A DNA stretch of 64,000 nt, taken from NCBI GenBank assembly GCA_964016885.1, contig OZ024743.1, positions 371,566,001 to 371,630,000 on the forward strand, written 5' to 3'. The position numbers and the translations under genes were made by a program. Positions within the stretch are counted from its first letter, which is position 1. Each line of letters begins with the position of its first letter. A model generated the notes under the pieces. The model was not told the DNA's origin, did not search any database, and saw nothing but the letters and a program-made list of their open reading frames with translations. Origin of the DNA: Eledone cirrhosa. Its lineage: Eukaryota. Positions 35,147 through 46,069 of this stretch are shown here, one piece after another.

Positions 35147-38100
35147 TTGGGTTGAGTCATGAATAATTTTCGTTTTAGTAAAATAATTTATTCATGAATA
35201 ATTTAACAATGAATTCATTTCAATCAATAGTATATTTGCCATTATTTTGAATCACCTCTTGCCATTTATCAGGTAACTTGTTGAGTCCTCTCAAGTAAAT
35301 TTCAGCTAGTTTCGAGCTCAAGATGTTTTCCACAAACGTTTTCAGGTGATCTTCTTAAGAACATTTTTTTGCCATTCAGAGTAATTGGTAGAGAAGAAAA
35401 AGATGAAAATCACTTGGTGCAAGGCCTGGTGAATATGGTGGATAGGGTAGAACAGACCAGCCTAAATCCAATATTTTTTCCTGCATGATTCTTGCTGAAT
35501 GTTACTTTGCATTATCATGGAGAAGCATGTTTCTCCTGTTGACAAGTGTGGGACATTTTCTTAGATTTTCATGCACATGTTGCAGCTGTTTGCTTTGAGT
35601 GTCTGATTGCAGTTTAAAAACTCAAAATGAATAACACCGCAGTGATCCCACCATACAAACAGCATAACTTTTCTTCCATAAAGGGTAGACTGTGGAGATT
35701 TATCCTTGTCAATCCACTGCCTTTTGCATTGAATATTGTCATAAAAGACCCATTTTTCATCACCTGTAATGATATTCTTGAGAAATGGGTAATTTCTCTG
35801 CTTTGAAAGAAGACTTGTCTCTATGGATATGTGATCTTCCTTATTCTTCTCACTAAGAATATGAGGAACCCAAATGCCCAGCTTACTCACTTTTCCTATC
35901 TTTTCCAAGTGGCAGCAGATTGTGGATTGGGATGTGTTGAGGTCAAGCGCTAATTTTTGATTGAGTACTTTTGCTCGGATTGTATTCTACCAATTCTCTT
36001 AAAGCATTGTAGCAGGAGTTGCCTCCCTTGTTGTGACACTCACAACCCCAATAGATTAACGCTCTTTAGACAGGAAGTAGAACCCTTTCTGTAACTTCCG
36101 GTCAGAACCCTATAAAACTAACAACTTTAAGTTCTCTCTCTCTCATTCGCCTTTTCGGTCAGGCGCCTCCTGGCTTTCGCCAGGAGTCTTCCCTCAGGCG
36201 TGTGTAACCCTGGCAACCAAGCGGTAACTAATAACTTTGTTTCATTCTTTCATCTACTCATTGACATGTCAACTCTACTGTTCTATGTATCCACAAATTG
36301 TTTATTAAATATTATACACACAAACCACTTCTCCTTGTTACGTTCATACACACCAGTATGTTGTTATAAGTGGTGACCCCGACGTGATATGAACACGTAG
36401 CCGTTCATTGTTATAAGTGGTGACCCCGAAAAAAGAAAAAAATAGCAGAATCTGGTGTTGTGTGAGTAACATTACGAATACACAGCAAAATTTTATTGAC
36501 AAACTATGAAAATACGCAGTCAAAGAAACGCACACACGCACATGTGAAATGTTCGTACAGACAGACTTTTTCCCTCACGCATCAACTAACTGTCGCATTT
36601 TACTGTATATATATATATGTTTCTCGTTTCTTACAACGAACACTTTAAAAACAAACAAAAAGAAATTCGATTTTTTTTTTTTAAAACATTTCAATAGGAA
36701 CATTTATTTTCGATGAACCTCAACCATTGCCTTTTTTTTTTTCATCGTTTTCTCAAGTTTTTTTCAAAGTTCACACCAAAAATAAAAAAAAAAACAAATT
36801 GAACTCGCCATATTTGTTATGCTAAGTGAAGCCTTTCTTTCTTTTTCATCATTGTCACTTTCACACACAAATTTTTTCAAAATGGCTGCCAACGACCTGT
36901 TGCACTATCATTTTCGCGCCATTTTCTCGCGCATTAGAAATATTATTTTTTCAACTTAACCTTGTATTGGCACGTGTAGGCTGCACGATTCTCGATTCAC
37001 TGAGATAGCCACACGCCAGAGATAACGTTTCTCGCCAAGGATTCTCCAGCCTTAAGCTATATTCTCCTATTTGCCGGTTTACCACGTAAATTTGCCGTTG
37101 AAAACTGCGCATTTATTCAGAATGCTTATTTCTTTGGTCGCTGGCCTCTTGACCCTTCCAGGTCAACGCATTCTCAACATCGACCATCAACTTCGGCTGT
37201 TATTTCTAGCACTTTGCGCAACTCATTTTTTTACTGTGAATTTAAACACCGAATACGCTCACTCCGCGAGACAACAACATCAACAGCAACACAGCTTCAT
37301 CAACAACCAAAACCAGCAGAACAAGCCAGAGAATTTATTTTTGCAGCACTCTTCCTGTGAGAAAATCCATTCGGAGGTTGGAAATTTCACGATATACCAC
37401 AGAACAGAAACCACCTGCATTCATTCTCTGGAACACACTTTTTTTTCCTGTTGTCATGTGATTGCACACCTGTGAACTATATTTTGTACATTTGAACTTT
37501 GAGCTCTTCTCTTACTTTGTTACATTGTATCTTTGGGTGATGGATAGATAGATGTCCAGTCGTTCTCTGGCCAAGAACGGTTGGCTACCTTGATATCTAC
37601 CATTGATTTTTGCAAACATTATTTTTTTTCGTAATTTTCATGCCTGTTACAACATTCTCGCCAACTTGCTACATATTTCATTCGATTTTTATATTTTAAA
37701 AATCTGGCGGGAAGTAATGTAGCAGGAGTTGCCTCCCTTGTTGTGACACTCACAACCCCAATAGATTAACACTCTTTAGACAGGAAGTAGAACCCTTTCT
37801 GTAACTTCCGGTCAGAACCCTATAAAACTAACAACTTTAAGTTCTCTCTCTCTCATTCGCCTTTTCGGTCAGGCGCCTCCTGGCGAAAGCCAGGAGTCTT
37901 CCCTCAGGCGTGTGTAACCCTGGCAACCAAGCGGTAACTAATAACTTTGTTTCATTCTTTCATCTACTCATTGACATGTCAACTCTACTGTTCTATGTAT
38001 CCACAAATTGTTTATTAAATATTATACACACAAACCACTTCTTGTTACATTCATACACACTAGTATTTTGTTATAGCATCTTGATCGAGGTCTGATGAGC

Positions 38101-38462
38101 GTCCTGGTCTGGATTCATCTCTCAATGACATATCCCCAGAATGAAACTTTGAAAACCAGTTTCGGACTTGGCGGTCAGTAATGACACCTTAGCCATAAAC
38201 ACTACAAACTTGTTTAGCTGTTTCTGTAGCGTTTTTGTTATTCTTAAACTCCCACAACAATGTATGTTGATGCACTTTCAGTTCCTCCATTTTAGGGCAT
38301 GAAATCATAGATTAAATTATGATACACACTCTTTCACTAATGAAATAAGAATGACCAATGAAGACTCAGGTAATTTCCAGTTGCATTTAAAACCTTGGAA
38401 GTTTGAAATGCATAGTTACAGCTTGCTTTTGAAAAATAGAAATTACTTACGACTCAACCCAA
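35147..38462 (-). mobile_element. Mariner transposon (degenerate), interrupted by an LTR element
   Basis: TIRs TTGGGTTGAGTC / GACTCAACCCAA with TA TSD; GIWVPHIL, ITGDEKWVFYDN, KVMLFVWWD, PPYSPGLAPSDFHLF. Confidence 0.9.
36008..38075 (+). mobile_element. Non-autonomous LTR retrotransposon (TRIM/LARD-like; Gypsy CsRn1-like features)
   Basis: LTRs at 36008-36368 and 37718-38075 are nearly identical; 4-bp TSD GCAT; PBS TGGTGACCCCGA complementary to tRNA-Trp; purine-rich tract GGCGGGAAGTAA before the 3' LTR; no gag/pol motifs inside. Confidence 0.92.
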
Positions 38463-38523
38463 TATATATTCAGTACCTGAGCAGTGCCAGATACCTCCAC
38501 TCATGTTTAATAGAAACAAAATG

Positions 38524-39415
38524 TCATCATCATCATCATCATCACCGTTTTACGTCCATTCTTCCACGCTAGCATAGGTTAGACAGTTGTCTGGTGACCT
38601 TGTCTTGCTCATAAGGGAACTGATTTTGGCTTGATTTCTACAGCTGGTTGGCTTTCCTAACACCAACCTCACTTACAGTGAGTGCTGGGTGCTTTTTTTC
38701 CATGGCACCTACACGACCACTTTACAGTGTGGGCTGGGTGCTTTTTTGTTGTGACACATCCACGACCACTTTGTTGTGGGAGGGGATGGGGCATATTGTC
38801 TATATACTTCGGCATAGGCTTGTTCCTGTGGGAAGTCAGGTCTTCTGTATTACTGCGTGACACCAAAAGTCACGGTCCTGTGTCATTACTGTTGAGAGGT
38901 GTAATTGGGCAAGGTCCACTTTTATCACCTCGTCCCAGGTCTTCTTGGGTCTCCCCACTCCATGGCTCCCATCAACTTTTCGTGCTCTGCACCTTTTTAT
39001 GCAGCTGTCATCCTTCATACACATCACATGTCCATACCAACGCAACCTCCTCTCCTGCACACAGCATTTGATTCCTCTTATGCTCAGTCTCTCTCTCAGT
39101 TCATTTATGCTTTGCCATTCGCATATATTACTACTACACATCCATCGGAGCATGCAAGTTTTGTTTCTTTCTAATCTACACAAGTCTTCTACAGACAGCA
39201 CCCAGGTTTCACTACCATACAACATTGCTGTTCGTATACACGCATCATACAGTCTGACTTTCATTTTGAGGGAAAAGCCTTTTGCAGCTAGCAGTGGTAG
39301 TAGCTCCCTAAACTTCTTCCATCCCGTTCTTACCCTGCTTACTGTACTTTCAGAACTGCTACTTACCTCTGCTGCTAATTTGGTCACCTAGGTAACAGAA
39401 GCTGTCTACTGTTTC
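38524..39415 (-). mobile_element. RTE LINE (subfamily A), 5'-truncated
   Basis: Collinear with 16490-17345; (CAT)n tail. Confidence 0.9.
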
Positions 39416-39660
39416 TATGTGTTGTATGAAATACAATGTAGACCTAAGAGATTCACTTGTATCTGTAGGATACTTCATTTAATTCCTACTGACTTTCTTC
39501 AGTAGGGATTAAGTGTCTGAGTAGTATTTAATTTACTTTAATAGAACTACAGTATATTATAACAATTACTGCTGTGAAAACTATGATTGTTGACATTACT
39601 ATTAATATATCAAATAAGTAGAAGTTGATTGTGACACAAAACTGCTAATGTTGCTCATCT

Positions 39661-40895
39661 ATCATCATCATCATCATCATTTTACGTCCGCTTATCCCTG
39701 CTTGCAAGGGTTGGACGGGTCCTATTCAACACACCATCTCTCCACTTATCACAGTCCTTCGTCATCTCCTCGGTGAGTTTCAGATCTGAGATCTGCTCTC
39801 ACCATCTCCGCCCATGTTTTTTGTAGTCTGCCTTTACTGCGTCTTCCTTCTACTGGGATTTCTTGGCACTTCTTTACCCAGCAGTCATCCTCCATGTGCA
39901 TCACATGTCCATACCATCTCAGCCTTCTCTCCTGCACACCACAACTTATCCCTCTTATACCCAGTTTCTTTCTCAACTTATCTATGCTTGGTCGTTCACG
40001 CACATTAACATTGCACATCCAACGGAGCATGCTTGCTTCATTTCTCTCCAGCCATCACATATCTTCTACAGTTGCTGTCCATGTCTCACTACCATGCAGC
40101 ATCACACATCTCGGACAGGCATCATATAACCGTCCTTTCGTACACAGGGAGAAACCCTTCTTTGTCAACAGAGCAAGCAGCTACCTAAACTTCTTCCAAC
40201 CCGTCCTTATTCTAGATACTCTGGCCTCGGAACACCACCCTCCCATGCTAATCTGATCACCTAGGTACTGGAAGCTATCAACCACTTCTATAGCATCTGC
40301 CTGCATTGGAAAAATGTGTCTATCACTGCGATTACTACTGCCAACTTTCCCTGTACATCTACTGCATACATAGTTTTCTCTACCTGTTAGTTTGCCTGCT
40401 ATCCCACTACATCTCTTGTGTACCCAAGATCTGCATTGCGTACATTTTATGGAATTTATGCCAGTTCCTTTCCTACATATCGAACATAACCATTTCCCCG
40501 ATGGAATCAGAGTATTGTCCTCTCTTCTACTTATCAACACTTTTGTTTTAGCTAGGTTCACTCTCAGTCCTCTTGATTCCAACTGCTGTTTCCATAGCCA
40601 GAATTTATCCTCTAGCTCCTCTACTGATTCTGCTATAAGAACCAGATCATCAGCTAGAGAAGTTCCCATGGGCAGCCAGTCTTAAACTCCTCTGTTATGG
40701 CTTGGAGGACTATAATGAACAAGAGCGGGCTGAGGACCGAACCCTGATGTACACCTACTTGTATCTGGAATTCTTCACTAAACTCTATTTCTATTCTCAC
40801 TTTACTGACAGCACCCCTGCACTATCCTCACAAGCCATTCCTCAACACCTAGTTTGCTTAGGGACCACCAGATGACAGATCGGGGTACCCTATCA
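39661..40895 (-). mobile_element. RTE LINE (subfamily B), 5'-truncated
   Basis: Reverse complement of about 47510-48750 at high similarity. Confidence 0.9.
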
Positions 40896-42083
40896 TTCTC
40901 TGTCTGTCTGTTACCTATGCATTTTCAAATGGCTCGATCAAATCAAATCAAATTTTAGAAAGTAATAGTATTATACCCTGGGAGTGTCAACATGTAATTT
41001 TTATTTTCATTTCGATTAAAACAGTATAACATTTTATCTAAAATAATCTTTCTATAGTCAACTAAAGGACATTTTATACCACCACCATGACGATGTCACA
41101 TTTTGTATATGAGTATGTATGTGTCTGTGAGTGTGTGTGTGTTTGTACATTCGTTACGTACGTTAGGCCTCAGAGAATTAATCACACACACACATCTACA
41201 TATATGTGTTGACTGACAAGTGTGTGAGTGTATGTGAGTGTAGATGTCACATTTTGTATATGAATGTGTATGTGTCTGTGAGTGTGTGTGTTTGCACATT
41301 CGTTAGATACGTTAGGCCTAAGTAAGTTGCACAGAGAATTAAACACACACACACACATCTACACATACATGTACATATGTGCTGACTGACAAGTATATGT
41401 ATGCGAGTGTATGTGTGTCTGAGTATACATACATTTCTGTGATGACTGACATAACAAACACACACACACATCCAAAAGGAGAGACACAGAGGGAGAAACA
41501 GAGAGAGAAAGAAAGAGAGAGATAGGCTGTCATGCAGCGATAGATACAATCACAAACAACTCTTCAAGGCAGAATAAATTGGCTAAGAGCTGCGTTTTCA
41601 TATGATCCATCAAAGAATTATAGAAATGATTCTAAAGTCATGATTGGTAGCATGGATATTACACTTGGTATGTGTTGCTTAGGAGGAAATGTCAGACTTC
41701 CACTGATAGAAGAGCCTCCAGCTTTTATCCATATACTGCTTACAGACCATACTAATGAAGCTAAACACTTCAGAAGCAATGTTATGCAGTATATTGCTGC
41801 GTTTCAGATGACATCCTTTGGAGCTGAAAAAGATCATACTGACTATGGTTATTTCACATTTAAAATCCAAGGCCAATGCTACCATTTAATTGGCAGTTTA
41901 CTCACCCAGCCTAATAAGGAAGTTTTATGATTGTATCCCTCCTCCCCCTCTCTCTCTCACATACACACACATTACAGTCTCACCTCATACTGTAAACCAG
42001 ACAACACATCCAATACAGTCGTTTTCTCTTTTATCTGTCTTCTCTTAACTGTTATCCCAGGCAAAGCCATGTACCTCAGCTAG
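40896..42083 (+). mobile_element. Non-autonomous Helitron carrying a Rep/helicase N-terminal fragment
   Basis: 41640-41930: MCCLGGNVRLPLIEEPP..KHFRSNVMQYIAAFQMTSFGA..FKIQGQCYHLIGSLL (Helitron-N signature). 3' end CCCAGGCAAAGCC..CTAG|T; internal (TG)/(CA) repeats. Confidence 0.75.
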
Positions 42084-42550
42084 TCACTGAATATATGTAT
42101 CTATCACAAAGTTTTAATTTTAGTTTTTATTCTTGAGTGAACAGATTCAGTAGCCTGAAGTTGATACCCACCTAAGATCACCTATCTTATCTTAAGCACT
42201 TGTATAAACATCAGTGAAGTAATTTAACTTGAAGTGAATATCACCTCTGGGGTTGACTCTGTTCATTGAACTGAATTACTCACTTTTATCAGAGGCATAG
42301 CATAAAGTGAATAATAAATGCACTCACCTCCTTTGTGGGAATAGATTTGGAGGGGTACAAAGTCTCCTCTGGTCTATTATGCCTGTTAATCATGATGGAG
42401 GCATCAAAAGTGCCTTTGCTCCCAGATATTAAGAAACCTTGCTAATCTCACTGAGTTATTTTCTTTGCACATACTGTCAAACCCTAGACACAAAGGTTTC
42501 AGACAGATTAAATAATCATATGGTTTTTTTCCCTTATATTTTTTTAATAG

Positions 42551-42636
42551 AGTTTTGAAAATTTACAAAAAGACTATCCTTTTGAAAGCATGTTTGAAGA
42601 AGTGACTCATCAAAAAAGAAGATCAAATAAATCCAG
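42551..42636 (+). CDS. Probable fourth coding exon of the HMG-box gene (SFENLQKDYPFESMFEEVTHQKRRSNKS)
   Basis: T-rich acceptor ..ttttaatag, open in phase 0 as the previous exon requires, strong donor CAG|GTAAGA. It lies beyond the N gap. Confidence 0.6.
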
Positions 42637-42712
42637 GTAAGAATAACAGGTTTTCACTAACACACAGTTATTCATTTCATTCATATATTATGCTTTGAAA
42701 AAACTTGTATGA

Positions 42713-43030
42713 CATCATCATCATCACCATCATTTAATGTCCATTTACCACACTAGCATAGGTTAGACGAGCTGTCCTGTTGTGAGACAAGCCAGGTCGG
42801 AGGACCATGTTTTGCTCACAGAGAACAGATTTTGGCTTGGTTTCTAAGGCTGGATACCTTTCCTAATGCCAACCACATTTACAGTGTGTACTGGGTGCTT
42901 TTTGTCATGATACCTACACAACCACTTTACAGTATGGAATGGGCACTTTTTGTTGTGACACCTACATGGCCACTTTAAAGTATGGGCTAGGTGCTTTTTG
43001 TCGTGACACCCACATGACCACTTTGCAGAT
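42713..43030 (-). mobile_element. RTE-A 3'UTR-only fragment with about 48-bp internal tandem repeats
   Basis: (CAT)n tail; GACACCTACA..ACCACTTTACAGT..GGGTGCTTTTTGT repeated about 3 times. Confidence 0.75.
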
Positions 43031-43243
43031 TTCCCCTCTCTTATAAATCTGAAGGCTTGTGTGCATATAATAAATCATTGTTCCATATAACATCTCACCC
43101 ATTTTCTTTTTATTTGTTGTAGATTATGAATAAACTCCTTTAATCTTTATACATGCTTGGGTAAGCAGATTCCAGGTAGTTCAAATGAGCAAATTCTCCT
43201 CATGTGTAAAATGCAAATGTATGAACTATAAACCTAGTAATGT

Positions 43244-43353
43244 GAAGGCATGAGGTTTAGTAGTTAGGGTGGTGGATTCACAATCATAGGGTTGTGAGTT
43301 TGATTCCTGGACCAGGTGGTGCATTCAGTCCTTGAGCAAAATATTTTATTTCA
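43244..43353 (+). mobile_element. tRNA-derived SINE head
   Basis: Degenerate A box (GGTTTAGTAGTTAG) and B box (GAGTTTGATTCC), followed by a GTCCTTGAGCAA core-like motif. Confidence 0.6.
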
Positions 43354-43830
43354 TGTATTTTATTTCATATATATAGGGAGCTCATAGATCGGACAACACA
43401 CTGTTTTTCGTGGGGGTAAGTTTTTATTAATTTTCGTATTCTGAAAGAAAGATCAAAATACAACAAAATTTTTGTTCATTGGACTCTGGGGAAATGTTCT
43501 GACAAAAGCTGTGGAAGCTACAGAAATATTCCATATATTTTTCCAGAGCAATCTCTATTTAAATTTTACATTTTCTTGTCTCCCATTGCAAAATGGCCAT
43601 AAATTCAAATTTTGAATGAGAGGAAAAGGGACAAGTGAACTATGAACTTGATACATCTCACTGCCCCCCGCCACCACAATAACGTCTACACTCGCTCCCC
43701 ACCACTACCACATACGTCATTACTCTATCTACACTAAGGTGTCTGACCTGTTGACAAATTCCTAACTCCTTTCTCTGTGTTGAATGTGTGTGTGTATATA
43801 TATATATATATATGTAAGTGTGTGTATATA

Positions 43831-44399
43831 TGAAAAGGTAACACACTAGAGAGAGATAGTGCACCATCAATAAAACAGGGAAAACCATCAGTGTATGGAA
43901 TCTATAATCTATGAAAGGCAGAGTAGACACACAATAATTAAAAATATAAATTAAAATGTATATACGCACCTCTATAACTATGTAACACACGCGTACAAAT
44001 CCAAAGAGATCTGTTTCGCCAGGAAGTTGTTGACTGAAATGGAATAGCCTATGGTTCATCAGCGCGTGCAAGACTATACAGTCCAGACAACTCTAAGAGA
44101 ATCTAAAGCGACCGTCCAGCTACACGCGGCAGAGAGATGTCACAGCGTGTTTAGGGCAGTGAACCAGTGGTATCTGAGGGACGAGCTGCTAGAAAAGGCA
44201 GCCCAAAACCACGAAACAGATCTCTTTGGATTTGTACGCGTGTGTTATATAGTTATAGAGGTGCGTATATACATTTTAATTTATATTTTTAATTATTGTG
44301 TGTCTACCCTGCCTTCCATAGATTATAGACCCCATACACTAGTGGTTTTCTCTGTTTTATTGATGGCGCATTATCTCTCTTTAGTGTGTTACCTTTTCA
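43831..44399. repeat. Long inverted repeat with 188-bp arms (43831-44018 / 44212-44399) and a 193-bp spacer; possible MITE
   Basis: TGAAAAGGTAACAC...GTGTTACCTTTTCA; arms align without gaps. Confidence 0.9.
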
Positions 44400-44499
44400 A
44401 CATATTGTATTTTAAAGAGCTCAGGATTCCTTTTCCTTTGAGCACATTATTGACGGAATAACGAGTCTATGGCTCCGTTAATTTATCGTGATATGTATA

Positions 44500-44603
44500 T
44501 ATATATATATCTCAGTCGATGCGACCAGATTTCAACACAGCAACAACAACAACAACTACAACAACAACAGCAACAACACCATTGTCTGTGTTGAATGTGT
44601 GTG

Positions 44604-44638
<35 letters not shown>

Positions 44639-44962
44639 TAAATCATGTCTTTAGAATTATTAGATAAAATATATACCATTTCCTCTCCCAATTAGCATAA
44701 TTAACCATATAAAAAAATCAATTAGACCAGGCTATATATATATATATAACGCGCGAAGCGACCAAATTTCAACCCAGCGACTACAATAACAGCAGCAACA
44801 ACAACAACAGCAACAACACCATTGTCTGCAGCAGCAGGATCAGTGAAATGAACAACAACAACAACTGCCATCACCATCACTGACACCATCCACCACCACC
44901 ACCATCACCATCACTGACACCATCCACCACCACCACCATCACCATCACTGACACCATCACCA
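44500..44962. repeat. Low-complexity block: duplicated GCGACCA.ATTTCAAC-(CAA)n-CACCATTGTCTG units and three 33-bp CAC-rich repeats
   Basis: 44521-44589 resembles 44758-44828; CCATCACCATCACTGACACCATC occurs three times. Confidence 0.7.
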
Positions 44963-45329
44963 GCGATCAGGCTTTAAGAAGAAGAAAACAACTATAATAA
45001 TAGTAATAACTATTCTGTTCTTGGCACAGGGCAGCAATTTCCCCAGCGCATTGCTGGTGCCTTGTTTTGGGCCCGGCGCGTGGAGGGTCGTTGCTCTATG
45101 CTGTAAAGCAAACAATTATTATTATTATATAAAAACTGAACTGTAAAGGTCAACAGTTGACATGATCTTGTATCAGTACTGACGGTAATATATGTATGTG
45201 TGTGTGTGTGTGTGAGTGGCGTGTGTGTGTTTGTATGCATGACTGTTGGTGTGTGAGTGAGTGTGTGTGTGTACTGTGAGTGTCAATAAGTGGTTTTTTT
45301 TTTTTTATGACCATGCTGTAAAATGGAGG

Positions 45330-46065
45330 GGTAGAGAGGGGCCATGAGCCCAGTAAGACATCCTCTCTAGTGCTGGTGCCACAAATAAAAGCACCCAGTC
45401 CATGCTGTAAAGTGGAACTGGTGTTAGGAAGGGCATCATCATCATCATCATCATCATCACCGTTTTACGTCCGTTCTTCCACGCTAGCATGGGTTAGACG
45501 GGTTGTCCTGTTGTGGGCAGTGTCTGGTCGGCTGACCATGCCTTGCTCATACAGGAACTGATCTGGCTTGATTTCTACAGCTGGATGCCCTTCCTAACAC
45601 CAACCTCATTTACAGTGAGTGCTGGGTGCTTTTTCGTGGCGCCTACACGTCCACTTTACAGTGTGGGCTGGGTGCTTTTTTGCCGTGGCACCTCCACGAC
45701 CACCTTGCGGCGGGGGGGGGGGGGGGGGGGCATATTGTTTATATGCTTCAGCATGTACCCATGGGAGGTCGGGTACCCTGTATTACTGCGTGACGCCAGA
45801 AGTCACGGTCGTGTGTCATTGACTTTGAGAGGTGTAGTTGGGTAAGGTCGGCTTTTATCACCTCATCCCAAGTCATCTTGGGTCTCCCCACTCCGCGGTT
45901 TCCATCAACTTCTAGTGCTCTGCACCTTTTTATGCAGCTGTCATCCTTCATACGTATCACATGTCCATACCAGCGTAACCGCCTCTCCTGCACGCAGCAT
46001 TTGATTCCTCTTATGCTCAGTCTCTCTCTCAATTCATTTATGCTTTGTCGTTCACGTATATTACA
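45330..46065 (-). mobile_element. RTE-A 3' fragment (45435-46065) abutting an inverted 3'UTR remnant (45330-45436, plus strand)
   Basis: RRLRWYGHV..GRPKMTWDEVIK; (CAT)n tail. Confidence 0.85.
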
Positions 46066-46069
46066 TCCA

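Noticed and set aside
36371-36402. tRNA-Trp gene
   Set aside because: Only the 3' 32 nt are present, antisense and including the post-transcriptional CCA, at the PBS position. It is a copy of mature tRNA, not a gene.
37071-37475. ORF inside the LTR element
   Set aside because: No gag, protease, RT or integrase motifs; low-complexity sequence with a non-ATG start.
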